Source of the DNA: Cladosporium halotolerans
Taxonomy: Eukaryota
Assembly: GCF_011745625.1 (NCBI RefSeq)
Contig: NW_027191471.1
Coordinates: 124,001 to 188,000 of the forward strand
Direction of reading: 5' to 3'
DNA length: 64,000 nt
In this document: positions 37,274 to 49,526 of the stretch, piece after piece
Numbering within the stretch: position 1 is the stretch's first letter
Layout: each line of letters begins with the position of its first letter
The notes under the pieces: generated by a model
What the model saw: the letters and a program-made list of their open reading frames with translations, nothing else
What the model was told of the DNA's origin: nothing
The model's database searches: none
Made by a program: the position numbers and the translations under genes

Positions 37274-37626
37274 GGGAAGGGATGTGAGATGAAACAATGG
37301 ACGCGGTCTTCGATGGAAATCGTCGTGGCTCGTATCTGTTATATTACAAGTCGATTTGTACAGGTCGCGTCGAGCGCGTCCCTACCTACCACGGGCATGC
37401 GGTTGAAGAAAGACTCTGTTTCTCGGTGGCGTAGAAATCGCAACCGCCACGACAGCCCTCTTGGTGGTGGTACATTTGCGATCGCCTCATTCATTGCTTG
37501 CTGCAAGCCATATCTCGCTTCGCTTTTCATACGCGAAAGCATCAGCGTGGTCCTCAACGCTCTGAAGCCGGCAATGCTCCAGCGCAAACCCGCCTAATCG
37601 TACACATCCCTCATCCCTCATCTCCC

Positions 37627-38340
37627 TCATCTCCCCTTGCTAGGCGCCAAACCCGGCACACCACTATATCTCTCCTCCCTCTCCGTCTTGAACGTCACAT
37701 GCGCCCAAAAGACCTTACTGTCCGAATCCCACCACGTCCAATACTTGTCCTCCCTCCTATCCACCTCCCTCGCCTGCAACTTAAACGCACACGTCTCGTA
37801 CGGCTCCGCCGCCACCAACATATACTGGAAGTTCTTGTCCGGCGGATCCTCAACCTTCTGCTCATAAGCGCTCATAAACCGCACCTTCGGCGCCGTCTCA
37901 GGCGCCAGATCCGGGTACTGCAGCTGGAACGTCAGGCCCAGCTGGCGCGTGACGGGGTCCCGCGTCTTGTTGATCTTGTACCCCGGCCGTCCGATCTTGA
38001 CCACGTTCTTGCGCACGGCGATCGCGTTCGCGCCCGTGAACGCGCCCTCCTCGTTGCGCTTGCCCAGCTGCGCGTCCTTGGCCGCGCGCCGCGCGAGGTT
38101 CGTCTGGTGCTTGCGGCCCTGGGTGTGCGCGAGGTAGGAGCCGTCGTTCTGGTGGACGGTGAGGCAGAGGCGGCACTCGAAGGAGCCGACGTGGTTTTTG
38201 AAGAAGTAGGGGTCTTTGTCGAGGTCGATGGTTTCGAGGGCGAGCTTGCGCAGGCGCTCGCGGCGGTCGGCGTTGGTGGCTTCCTTGGAGGCGACGCCGC
38301 CGCCGCCGAATTTGGAGCCGGCGCGGTTTTGGTAGTCCAT
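37627..38340 (-). CDS. PRP11: Splicing factor 3a subunit 2 (Prp11/SAP62)
   Basis: MDYQNRAGSKFGGGGVAS..RRERLRKLALETIDL, U1C-type zinc finger CRLC..H..H, VKIGRPGYK and FMSAYEQ. Confidence 0.96.
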   Translation of the reverse strand: MDYQNRAGSKFGGGGVASKEATNADRRERLRKLALETIDLDKDPYFFKNHVGSFECRLCLTVHQNDGSYLAHTQGRKHQTNLARRAAKDAQLGKRNEEGAFTGANAIAVRKNVVKIGRPGYKINKTRDPVTRQLGLTFQLQYPDLAPETAPKVRFMSAYEQKVEDPPDKNFQYMLVAAEPYETCAFKLQAREVDRREDKYWTWWDSDSKVFWAHVTFKTEREERYSGVPGLAPSKGR

Positions 38341-39108
38341 TTTTGGTGGTGGTTAGGGTGGTGGAGGTGGTGGGTTTGGTGTTGGGGCGCGTTGGATGCG
38401 CTGGGCGGTGAGGGTGAGTGGCCAGGCGAGGTGGTAATTGTTCGTATCGTTTGGTGATGAAGTTGGATGCTCGAGCAGAGGAAAATACTGGTCCGAAGAG
38501 TCTGGTCGTTTGCGCGAGTGATGTGAAGTCGCATGGAATCAAGCAGGCCTCGTGAAGTTCGAAGCTTTGACAGGCCTGAGGCAGCGAATTTGCCGCAGCT
38601 CTGTACCAGCATGACCAGATGCGACTGATGAAAGCGCAAGAGTCGGGTTTACATCCAGTCCTCACTCTGTATTTTAATCAAAGGGAAAAGTCGAAGATAA
38701 ATTATGGATCATGGAATGCTGCACATTGCTTCATTATTACCATGTTCTCGATCAGAAACCCCGTAAGCACTGATAGCGACGAACGCATGCAGATGCGTAA
38801 ACTTCAAGAAAAAAGGAAGCCCTCATAAGATCACCCAATGTTCCCGATCTGTGTGCAACTCGCCCTGAGTTATCTGGCACGCGATGACAAAACTCCGTAA
38901 CCTCCAAGACCGAACCGTGCCAGCGTATCCTTCACGCGGCATTTCTTGTTACAGGCCTAATAGCCTGATGACGAGCCCTATGCCAAACCTCTCATCGTGA
39001 TCGCCCTACCCATAACACACCGTAGAAAAGACTAAAGTTCATGCAGATTTGTTCAGAGAGCCTCTCTGTCCTCCGAAAAGCGACCCAGGAGTCGCCGGCG
39101 TCGAATCC

Positions 39109-40012
39109 TCACGATGACTCTGTAGTAGTAGGCGCCTGGGTGCTCTCTTCAGCTTTGGGCGTCTCGCTATGCCTTAATCCACTCTCGGGTGCAGTGGGCT
39201 TCGGTGTGTCCTGTCGATCGGGCATGCTGCCCAGCTCGGCTCCCTGGCCGCTCTGTCCTCGCTTTCGACCGCCGAAATGCCATTTGCTGTCTTGACCTGA
39301 GGTTGCGCCGGGCGCCGCCTGCTCGTTGTTGTTGGAGTCTGTGAGGCGCGAGAGGAAGCCGCGCTTTTTGGGCGGTGCTGCGGCTGGTTTGGGATCGTCG
39401 TTGAGCCCGACGTCTTCGAAGCCTTCTTCTTCTTTCATGGGCGGGGGGATAGGAACCGGCGCTGGGCGGGAGAGGTTTGTACTTTTGCGTGGCGAGGACT
39501 GGAAAGTGCGGCTATCGAGCGAGGCGCGTGGGCGCTCGCCGCTGATTACTGGAGAACGGCCGGAGATGTCCTGTGGTGAGTGGTTAGAATGCGGTCGGAT
39601 GCGGTCGGCTGCGGCAGTGGATGGGGAGTACGTACGAATGATCGTCTGTAAGAGTCGAAGGATTCACGGGAGATGTTGAAAGGCTCATTTTCGTTGATCA
39701 GACTTCGGTGGGTGCTGCTGGTTGTGCTGCGCGACGAGTTGGTGTGTCCCCAGAAGCTCTTGCGCTCCTCGCCGGGAGACGGCGGCAAGCAGACGCCAGA
39801 GTCATTGATCTCTGTAGAGTCGAGATGATTCAGCGGACATGCGCGCGATAAGCGTTCGCTCGACGATACAACCTACCACTCAGTTTGTATTCTGTATTCT
39901 GCTTGTCGGTCAGGTCGATTGACTTTGGCGGGGCATTGGTCCTCTCGACGACGCCCGAGTTAGGACGGACGTTCTCGTCCTTGTTGCGAAATGGGTTGCG
40001 AATGATGGGCAT
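39109..40012 (-). CDS. Conserved-looking fungal hypothetical protein; introns 39812-39876 and 39571-39635
   Basis: Three ORF fragments join in frame via GT-AG introns: YKLS|EINDSGVCLPPSP..RESFDSYRRSF|DISGRSP..FEDVGLNDD..KKRGFLSR..RKRGQSGQGAEL. Confidence 0.8.
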
Positions 40013-41279
40013 TTTGGTGTATGTTGTAGTTGTACGCGGAACGTAAGGCTGGATTCGAAAGATGTGTTTCGCCTACAGCGATCTCGCGGTACACAACGCG
40101 ACGGTCGCTCCGGGCAGCGCAGGCGGAGGTGGAGACGGTGGGCCGCGGAGTGGGCCGGTGTTTGTCGCAAGCTGCGATCTCCGAGTGGGCGCTGTGGGGA
40201 AGATGCCGTGGGATGATGTTCTGGAAAACGCTGATACTTGCGGCACGTGGGAGTCGGGGGAGAAGCAGAGTGGTGATGTGAATCAACGAGTAGAGGCGGA
40301 CGTGAGGAGTGCAGAACGCAGGTCGAGCGGCAACAGACGCAGCGGACCACGGAACGACGACTGAAGCAGCAACGATGTGATACCGGGACTCGGCAGCGGC
40401 GGGCGGCGGTAAATCAAGGAAAAAGTCTACTTGCGACTGGTTGTGCTGGTGAGGGCTTAGGGAGACTAGTGTCCGCCGTGTGAAGGTGTGTACCAGTCTG
40501 CTGTACCGTCGCGTCTATGACGAATGCGAGCGGGAAGCTTGGAAGATTGTGCAAGTGTTGTCCTGTCTTATGCCATTCGCTTGTGTTATCGCTTCGACTC
40601 TCGATTGTGATCAGCTGTTGACAGTGTACGTAGAGATACCTGCCAACTTCTTACACACAGCTGCAGCCGGTCTCACATGGCAGCAGCACAGCCACGACCA
40701 GCGCGCAGTGAGCACAGTGAGATACATGATGCATTGTACCTGGTGTTGTGTTGTGCAAGGATGGGATTCTGCCGCTTGCCGCATTGGGTCGTTCGAACCG
40801 CTGTGCACAGCCGCCGACCAGCCGAGGATCTTGGCCTTTACGTTGTGCAGCGGCCTGCGAGCCCACGCACCGATCCACACACGCTTGGCCGTTCATGGCT
40901 CCGCCGCCTTCGTCACCGCGTGCATCCTCACCTTAGCCGATGTGTGTCGCTCACGTGCTACTCTCTGATTGCGGCCCGACGTGACATTATTTCGAAAGCA
41001 TGGGTGTCCGAGGTATTCTTTACCCCACCTCATAGAATACCTCCACTCACTCTACAGACGAGTCCTCCTGCCGAGAGCAGGTGGGTTCAGGACATCATGC
41101 CCAGAATCGTATTTCGGCGAAATCGGCGAATGACAAGACTCAACATGTAATTCCTGTATCTTCTTTGAACCCTTCCTATGTCCAATACAGTAGCGTGAAA
41201 ACATCATGTTAGGAAAACTCTAGCAATACAGAAATTCTCCAAAACTCCCAAGAATCTCCCATCAATCAAGTCTCACATC

Positions 41280-42047
41280 ATGATCGCAACACGCCAACAG
41301 CCTTGCCAAAATCACTTCCCAGGCTCGACAACCCTCCAGGAACCTCATACCAAATCTCCCAAGACAACACACCCCGCCAACGCGCAACGTCCAACCACCA
41401 CCACCACCCAATCACCTCACGTCGAGACTCTCGAGACAAGCCACCCCGCTCAAAACCAACCGCCGAACAAACCCACCCTCGACCCTCTCACAGCAACTCC
41501 CAAAACCAACAAACCCACACCCATCACCATAACCCTCCTCCCCGACCCCACCCCAGCCTACCCCCTCGCCCTCTCCGCCTGGCACACCCTCTACAGCACG
41601 CACTCCACAACACCCCACCCCTCCCCCAGCACATTCGCGCAAACCTACTCCCCACCCCACGGCCGCCTCCTAACCGCCTCGACGCCCACGCACCCCCTCG
41701 CCGGCCTCGTAGCCTACAGAGCCTACGACGACCGCTTCGCGCACCACGCGCCGCTGCGTTTTGCGCCGGGGGCGGAAGTCGTGGAAGTCGTGAGACTTTT
41801 TGTGAGAGAGGAGTGTAGAGGGCAGGGAGTAGGGAGGGCGCTGGTCAGGGAGCTGGTTGAGGTTGCGAGGAGGGATGGCGTGGCGGTGATGTATTTGCAC
41901 ACGCATCCGTTTTTGCCGGGCGCGCAGGGGTTGTGGGAGCGGGAGGGGTGGGAGGTGTTGGTGAGGGAGGAGAGGGGGCCGTGGTGGACGGTGCACATGG
42001 GAAGGGAGGTTTGGCGGTCGGAATTACGTTTACTGGATTTGTATTAA
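41280..42047 (+). CDS. GNAT-family N-acetyltransferase
   Basis: EVVRLFV..RGQGVGRALV acetyl-CoA motif A and MYLHTHPFLPGAQGLWEREGW motif B. The start codon is uncertain because the N-terminus is low complexity. Confidence 0.85.
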   Translation: MIATRQQPCQNHFPGSTTLQEPHTKSPKTTHPANAQRPTTTTTQSPHVETLETSHPAQNQPPNKPTLDPLTATPKTNKPTPITITLLPDPTPAYPLALSAWHTLYSTHSTTPHPSPSTFAQTYSPPHGRLLTASTPTHPLAGLVAYRAYDDRFAHHAPLRFAPGAEVVEVVRLFVREECRGQGVGRALVRELVEVARRDGVAVMYLHTHPFLPGAQGLWEREGWEVLVREERGPWWTVHMGREVWRSELRLLDLY

Positions 42048-42175
42048 GGGTTTGAAGCTGGTGGTGGCAGTGACTTTATTCGTAGATAGCCCAATCTGAT
42101 CTCTCTATAGTCAAAGGGTATCTTCTGTCCGTCCGCCAAACTCTCAAGTCCGTATGCAAAGCAATGGGAAACGCC

Positions 42176-43760
42176 TCACGCCGCCGCCACCGCTTCACTC
42201 TTCCTCACGTTAACCCTCCACCGACTCCCATTTCCCTCCATAGCCTCGACTGTCAACTCCAAACCCCCCTCAGGAATCATCTCATGCCTCAATCCCCACC
42301 CCGCCCTCCTCGCCAACTCCCACACAACGGCATCGCAGTCCCCAATCAACTGCACATCAAACTCGATATGCTCGCACGGCTCACGCCCGATATACACGCA
42401 CGGCACGTCGCCCCTCCCCGCCTGCGCAAGCTTGTCCGGCATCTTAGCGACGGGCGCAACCTGCATCGACGTGCCAATGACGACAATCAGGTCCGCGACG
42501 TCGCAGTCCAGAGTATTGAAGCGCGTGAAAAAGTCGTTCGGCAGGTCCTCGCCGAAGAACGTGATGTCGGGCTTCATGACGCCGGGCGTGGGGATCGTGT
42601 CGTCCTCGTCGTCGTCTTCGTCGTCAGAATTGAACGAGGGCTTCTTCGCTTTCGGCTTCTTGAGCGGCGCCGCGGCTGCAGCAGCGGCGATAGCATTCTC
42701 GCACGCCCCGCACGTGGCGACGCGCTTCGCGCGGATGTCGGCGAAGATGGCGTCGCCGGGCACGCGGTGCGCGCACTTGCGGCAGCTGGCCGTCGCGAAG
42801 CTGCCGTGGCACTGGATGAGGCGCGAGGGCTCGATGCCCGCGAGGCCTTCGAGGTTGTCGATGTTCTGCGTGTAGTTTGTCTGCAGGCGGTTTTGGTCTT
42901 GGAGGAGGCGGATGAAGGCGTGCGTGGGCGTGTAGGCTTTGCCGGCGGGGAGGATGTCGCCGGCGAGGCTGTAGAACATTCTGGAGTGGGGAGGTTAGGT
43001 TTCGGCGGGAGTAGGGAGAGGAGAGCGAAGGGGGAGACGAACCTGGGGTCGTCGTCGAAGTTGAAGATGTCGAAGACGTCTTCGGGTTCGGAGAAGCCCA
43101 TGTCTCTCAGCTTTGCGTAGAAACCCGTCTGCTTAGAACGGAAGTCTGGAATGCCGAGGGAAGTCGAGATTCCGGCGCCGGTGATGACGAGAATCTTGCT
43201 CCTTGTCTTGAGCAGATTTGCAGCGTCGTCGATCGTGTTGATGTGAGCCAGTTTCTGTCGCTTCGACGTGATGTACAGCATGATGCCGCGAAAGAACCCA
43301 AGATAATCCTCGTCGTCCACTTCAGCGAGTTCGGCCGGCACGCCTAGAGCGGTGCCAACGACTCGTAGATCGAGTTTCTTCGTCTGGAGACATTCTATCT
43401 CGAACGCGGGAGGTCCGATCTGGCGAAGACGGGCGCGAAGTTCCAGTGCTTCTTGAGTCGAGGGTAGGTCCAGTGAGGCTGCCTCGGATGTTAGTTGATG
43501 GCCCGTCGGCATTGGGCAGATTGAGAAATACCTGAGCTATCGCTATCGTCGAAATCACTTTCTTCGTCTTCTTCAGGGACAATCTCTTCGGCCAATGGCT
43601 CTTCGACACCAACATCTCTACTCTGCTTCAACGCCGGCTTGCCGCCACTAAGAGGGTCCCCTGAGATGCCGTCACTGTGGCTTGGGCCACGTTTCCTCTT
43701 AAGAGTGGTCGGAATGGGTGAGTCGGTCAAGACTCTATTGATTGGGGTATCTTGATTCAT
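42176..43760 (-). CDS. SIR2: Sir2/Hst1-class NAD-dependent deacetylase; introns 43479-43531 and 42981-43042
   Basis: GAGISTSLGIPDFRS, NYTQNIDNLE, QCHGSF, CRKC..CGAC zinc site, KPDITFFGE and GTS. Both introns are canonical and frame-preserving. Confidence 0.92.
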
Positions 43761-44252
43761 ATTGGAAATTTCTGCCTTCACAAATGTTTCCTTGGAGGTA
43801 TGGGAGAGAGTGAGGTGTAGTCGTATAGATATAGGTTGGCCAGCAAACCGCGCTAAGCCCGGAGAGGACGGTCGGGTGATCTGTGCGGTACGATTGCTTG
43901 TTGGTTTGAGGACACGATCTTGTCCTCATGTCCTTACCTTCCCAATAAGAGTGGAGCGCTTTCATTAATGATGGATTTCAGAAAGAGACGTGGAAAACAT
44001 GAGTCTTCGTGGGTGGCTTCTGTAATGATGTTTGGCGCATACTGCGGACGCACATTCTTCCGCATGACAGCCAATGGCCTCAGCACTCGTCAGATCGTTC
44101 ATTCATATACAATATATCTTCAGCTCTCTTCGTACATCCAAATTCAAGCGACTCTCCACCCCATCGCCTTCAAAAGCTGCCACCCACTAGCCCAACAAGT
44201 CCCCGTCCGCTTCACCACCATTTGCCTACACCCAAAAGTCAACAACCGCCGC

Positions 44253-45510
44253 TCAAAGCTCATCCTTAGAAGTACTCTTACCCTTTGCCTCGCCCATACC
44301 CCTCTTGACCATACTCGTCAAAATCTCAAACGCAACCTGCGCCGCCGCCAACGCCGTCGTCTCCCCACTGCCATCAAACGCCGGTGAAACCTCCACCACA
44401 TCCGCACCAACAACATTCAACCCCTCGACCCTCCTCAGCAGCCTGATCACCTCCCTCGTGCTCCATCCGCCCGGCTCCGGCGTACCAGTGCCCGGCGCAA
44501 GACCAGGATCAATCACATCGATATCAATGCTGAGATACACCGGCGTCTCCGTGCCAATGTGCTTCAGAATCTGCGCCGCCATGGCATCGGCGCCAATATC
44601 GTCCATGTCGTCCGTGCTAAACCGCTTCCAGCCCTGGGAGTCGTCGTCGTCATTGTCGCCCGGCCCCGACAAGCGCGTGCGCAAACCCGCGTGCACGGAC
44701 TTGTCCTTCGCGATCAGCGACTCGTTGTGCGCGAGCCAGAACATGGTCCCGTGCGTGAAGAAGGACTGCTGCGCGGGGTCCTCGGGGTCGATCCAGGCGC
44801 TGGGGTACTTGGCGGGGTGCCACGTGTCTAGGTGAGCATCCAGGTGCAGGACTGCGATGGGGCCGTGGATTTTGTTGAGGGCGCGGAGGGTGGGCAGGGC
44901 GATGCTGTGGTCGCCGCCGAGGGTGAGGAGCTTGGGGATGCGGCGGTAAGGGATGGCGGAGGCGGCGTTGGCGGCGGGGGCTTGGCTGTGCGCGAGGTTG
45001 GAGAAGGCTTCGGACATCTGGCGCAGGGCGAGGGCGTTGTCGAAGGGCGTGATGGGGATGTCGCCGCAGTCGATTATTTCGGCCCATTCTTGGTAGGGGT
45101 TCAGGCCCGCGCGAGGGTTGTAGCCTCTGAAGCCGGTTTGGCGGGCGCTGGCGGCTCTGATTGCACGGGGACCGAAGCGAGCGCCGGGGCGGTAGGATAC
45201 GGCGGTGTCGAAGGGTGCTCCTAGGATGGCGATATCATATTCCTTCTCCGGATGTTGGAGGCAACGTGTGTGAGGAAGGTGGGCAAATGTAGAGATGCCG
45301 CTGAAGCCCCACTGTCTTGTGGTCAGTCATTGAAGGCGTCGAATTGCCCTTTGAAAGACATACATCAGTGCCCCATTTTGCGTCGAGGTCTTCTTGCGTC
45401 CAGCCGATAAAGGGCTCTTGAGTGCTGGCTTCTTCGGCGTGGTGGCTGTGGGCTGTGACAATGGCGGACAGGCCGCCGGCCAATGCGGCTGCTGCCAGTA
45501 CCGACCTCAT
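44253..45510 (-). CDS. Agmatinase/guanidinobutyrase-like ureohydrolase with signal peptide and C-terminal KDEL; intron 45312-45363
   Basis: Signal-like N-terminus MRSVLAAAALAGGLSAIVTA, then KWGTD|WGFSGISTFAHL, RPGARFGP, GGDHS, DAHLD, SIDIDVIDP and EVSP. The gene ends AAG GAT GAG CTT TGA. Confidence 0.92.
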
Positions 45511-46022
45511 GATGCTGTAGTCAGGGAAGATACAAGAAGTGAAAGGAACATTGGAAGTGGGATGCTGGAGTCGAAGGGCGTGATATAGCTATCCGCATGT
45601 ACCTGCCTATTGTGGGCCTTTATGTAATTTGGCTGTGAGCTTGCCGAGGGCGGCGAAGAGATAAGTGACCACTGCCGTGAACACTTTGCAGTGGACCCCC
45701 GTGAATGCAACATTGAAGTGCGGGGAGCAGCTGGACTGGCCGCTGAGGGCTGACTCCATGTCTTTGGCGTGGGGCTATTCGGATGCCGCGGACGCGATAC
45801 TGTACCGCATCTGAAGCCGGCCTGTGGCGGGTTGTGTTGAAGCTCATGTCATCTACACAAAAACGAGATCAAGCGTCCAATCTCGCTAGGAGATTCAAAT
45901 CGATTCACATGATTGGTTTCAAACGAAATAGTCGTATCCACCGTAACAAACCATCAAGAAGTTATTGTGTTTGAATGGTGGAAGAAGATGCAGTCAGAAT
46001 GGAGAAGATGGATTGCACAAAG

Positions 46023-46070
46023 ACGCGTCTTGGCAAGCTGCAAGCCGCACGCGTCTCGCTTCACGACGCG
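46023..46070. promoter_or_regulatory. Cluster of three MCB elements upstream of PSF1
   Basis: ACGCGT at 46023-46028 and 46049-46054 and ACGCG at 46066-46070, 130-175 nt before a replication gene. Confidence 0.7.
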
Positions 46071-46198
46071 GTCAAGCTTCCGAGACCACCAACACCAGGC
46101 ACAATCAAAGGAACCGGCCTGAACCCCACCACACTCCTTGAAAAACAAAAAAACAAAAACCCAGAAAGAAAACCCAAAAGAACACGCAACCACCAACC

Positions 46199-46858
46199 AT
46201 GTACGGCGAACAAGCCAACAAGCTCGTAACAGACGCCAAACGCATCCAGCACCTCCCGCACCTCCCCCCCTACGCCAGCGCCACAACCCAAGCGGTAACA
46301 AAAGAAGTGCGCGACCTGGACCGCGAAAACAACGAAATCCTCTCGCAGTACAGCACCAGCAACGCCTCGCAACCCGACCCCTCCAGCTCCTCAGGAACCC
46401 CTCTCAAATCCTCCTTCAACCCCGCCTCCGACCCCGCCACCGCCTGCGCCCTCATGGTCAACCACCTAGCCATGCGCCGCAACAAGCGCTGCCTGCTCGC
46501 GTACCACCGCACGCGCACCTCCAAGCTGGAGCGGATGATCTGGGCCGGCGCGGACCCCTTCGCCTCGCCCTCGCCCTCCAGCTCCGGCTCGTCGTCCCTC
46601 TCCGCGGAAGAAGAGCAGTTCGCGCACCAGTACGGCGAGCTGCTGGCGCAGTACAAGGGCCAGTGGACGGACGTGGACCTGACGGGCAGCCTGGAGCCGC
46701 CGCGGGACGTGTTCGTCGACGTGCGGGTGCTGAGGGATGCCGGGGAGGTGCAGACGGAGTACGGGAGTTTGAACCTGACGAAGAACAGCCAGTTTTTCGT
46801 GCGGAGGGGGGACGTGGAGGGACTGATTGCGCAAGGGTACGTGCAGATTTTGCGGTGA
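46199..46858 (+). CDS. PSF1: GINS complex subunit Psf1
   Basis: MYGEQANKLV..LPPY..RRNKRCLLAYH..LTGSLEPPRDVFVDVRVLRDAGEVQTEYG..LIAQGY. Confidence 0.96.
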   Translation: MYGEQANKLVTDAKRIQHLPHLPPYASATTQAVTKEVRDLDRENNEILSQYSTSNASQPDPSSSSGTPLKSSFNPASDPATACALMVNHLAMRRNKRCLLAYHRTRTSKLERMIWAGADPFASPSPSSSGSSSLSAEEEQFAHQYGELLAQYKGQWTDVDLTGSLEPPRDVFVDVRVLRDAGEVQTEYGSLNLTKNSQFFVRRGDVEGLIAQGYVQILR

Positions 46859-47596
46859 GGGGGGATTTCTTGAAGAAGTTGGGTTGGCGGAGAGGAGATG
46901 CCGCCTTGGGCCGGTATGCGATTCAAAGGCTTCGCGGGGAGCGAAATGTCGCCTTCACCGCACCGCGCAATCCAACCCCCAACAGAAGCGCGCAAGCCAG
47001 CGCGCAACCCCTCTTGTCCCAGCTCCCAGAACCACAGCCCGAGCCCTTCAATGGCTGATGACACCACGCCCACCCAGCCAGCCGACAGGACAACAACCCA
47101 CGCAACCGAGACACCCGCCGTATCCAAAAATCAGGAAAGCCAGCCAGCCATTTGGGCTAATCACAACCTCCGTCGATCTGGAGCGGGAAAGCGGGAATCG
47201 AAGTCCTCGAAGCGATGAGGTCTGCTGCCGCCAGAAGATTGGAGAGGGTCGGGCAAGACAAGTCAAGGCACGGTGGCAATGCCGCGCAGCGGTCGTGGGT
47301 GAGGCTTTGGTGCGTACCTTAGGGAACGTAGGCGATCGATTCACCAGATGAATGAGTACGGGGAAGGCAGGAGCTGTAGTAGACGAGAACCCAAGAAGAA
47401 AACGAGGCCGCGAGGCCGTCCCCAAACAATTTTATTTCGCGCCAAATCGTGTGCGGATTCCCCAAGCAAAATTATCTAGTCATTGCTTAAGAGCACAAGT
47501 GCCATCCAATCATGTCTATAACAATCGTTGCCTCCGGAAAACCGTCCTCCCCTAAAATCCCGTGCACGCTTCATTCAAACAGAAAAAGAAAAAAGA

Positions 47597-48944
47597 TCAC
47601 CCACTCAACAAATCCCTCACACTCATCCCCCCCGGCACCCCGCTCCCCCTCCTCTCCTCCCCAGCACCACTGCCACCCCTCCCCTCCCTCCCCCTCCAAA
47701 CCCTCCGATCACTATTCAACATCAACAGCGCCGCCGTAGCCTCCTGGTCCAACTCCAGCTCACTCCTGACCCCCTGCCTAGGCGTCGCGGCCCGCGAGCG
47801 CTCGGCGTCCTTCTCGCTCTGGCGATCGAGCGGCGGCAGAGCGGGGCTGCCGAGCGGCGCGGGCGCGTACTGCGGGATGTGCGAGAGCTGGGGCCCGAAA
47901 GCGGGCGAGGCTTGGTTGGAGTGGATGTAGGGGCTGTAGGAGGCTTGGCTGGCGGAGGAGACGGAGTAGTGGCGGGTGGAGAAGACGGAGGGGGAGGTGG
48001 TGTTTGTGCTGGCTGTGGTGGTGATTTGGGAGAGGGAGGGGAGGGAGATGAGGGAGGAGGTTTTTTGGAGGGGCGCGGGCGGCGGTTCGTAGGTCGGGAC
48101 GGAGGGGTGGGGTTGCTGGTTGTGGTGCGGTTGCTGGTAAGGTTGGTGTTGGGGTTGCGGTTCGGGCTCGGCGACGGGTTCGGCCATTTCGTCGTCCGAG
48201 TCGAGGTCTTCGTCTGCTGGTGTGCGGGACGGGGGTGGTGGCGGGCGTGGGGAATTGTTTTGTGCTTGCAGGTCGGTGACGCATTGTTCGAGATAGCGGA
48301 GGTAGTCGATGCCGGCCTGGAAGATATATGTTAGTAGGATGACCAACGGCTGAATCAAACGACTGTGCCCATACCTGAAGGATCGCCAGCTTGTGCATCT
48401 CCTGCCCTTGACACGCAGGAATCATATCTTTCAACACGCCAAACTCCTCGTTCATCTTCGATCGTCTTCGTCGCTCGATCAAGCTGTGTGCTGTTTTCCT
48501 CGCGATCTTGCGTCCAGCGGCGGTCGTTCCCTTCCCAGAGCCCTTCTTACCGCCATTCGCTTGCGCGGGCGGGTTGGATGCCTTGCCGGAGTTGGACGAA
48601 GCAGCCTGCTGGGTGCTGGTCTGGTCTATCTCACGTGGCTTCATCTGGATGATCTTGCGCGACCGCGTGGGCGGCGGAGGCAGGGAGAAGTCATCCTTTG
48701 TGATGACAGACATGGTGGGCTGGGCGGAGCGCTTGCGTGGGTTGTCGGTGGTCGTGCCGGGCGACACCGGTCTATAGGACGAGTCCGAGCCGTTGTTGGA
48801 AGGAGTGGACGAACTGTTGCTCACGCGATCGGCCTCGGCGTAGGCTGTGGGAGGGAGGGTGAAGGTCGGGGCGTCATGGCTGCCCTCTTTGCCCCGGATA
48901 TCGCTGGAGGATCCCGGGGTTGGTGGAGGCAGCGGGCGAGGCAT
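47597..48944 (-). CDS. bHLH transcription factor (possibly of the EcdR/UrdA type); intron 48317-48374
   Basis: RKTAHSLIERRRRSKMNEEFGVLKDMIPAC..HKLAILQ|AGIDYLRYLE, with C-terminal EATAALLML and MSVRDLL motifs. Ortholog assignment is from memory only. Confidence 0.88.
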
Positions 48945-49341
48945 GGGGGAGGTGGCGATGACCGGGCTGGTGTCCTTTGCGGTGCACGTCGACGAGTGCG
49001 AGTGCGCCTCGGGCGGCAGAGGGCGGCGGCGGGCGAAGTACAGATGCTCTGCGTAGGAAGCTATGGTGGGCGACACGAGAGGGGGGGTTTCACGTCACGG
49101 CGGGCGGCGGGCGCAGATGATATGGAGACAGAGCGGCGAGGGCGAGAGCGACAGCAGGTGGAGGCGTGTGTTGCGAGACATGGTGGGATTGGACGCCGCC
49201 CGCCTGCCCTCCCATATCGCAGCGCAGGGCAGGGCAGGCGCGATGGATGGGTTGAATGGCGAGAGCGAGGCTGTCGCGTGCTCGTCAAGCTGCCTGCCAT
49301 TGGCCCAGAGCCTAATCGCATTGAGCAGGCACGTGCTCTCC

Positions 49342-49526
49342 TCCATCACTGCCACACGCCTGCCTGACTTTCACTATTCCATCGCTGCCACACGCGCCTG
49401 ACTTTCACTACTTCTACCTTACTCCATCGCTGCCACACGCCTGACTTGCCTTAGGTACTACCTGCCTTAGGTACTGCCTGCCTTAGGTACTACTTTCCCT
49501 CCTCCATCACTGACTGCCACACGCCT
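49342..49526. repeat. Composite repeat: four TCCATCRCTGCCACACGC-type units plus three tandem 16-bp CCTTAGGTACTRCCTG-type units
   Basis: Unit A starts at 49342, 49378, 49423 and 49503 (the last has a 4-nt insertion). CCTTAGG occurs at 49449, 49465 and 49481, an exact 16-nt period. Confidence 0.9.
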
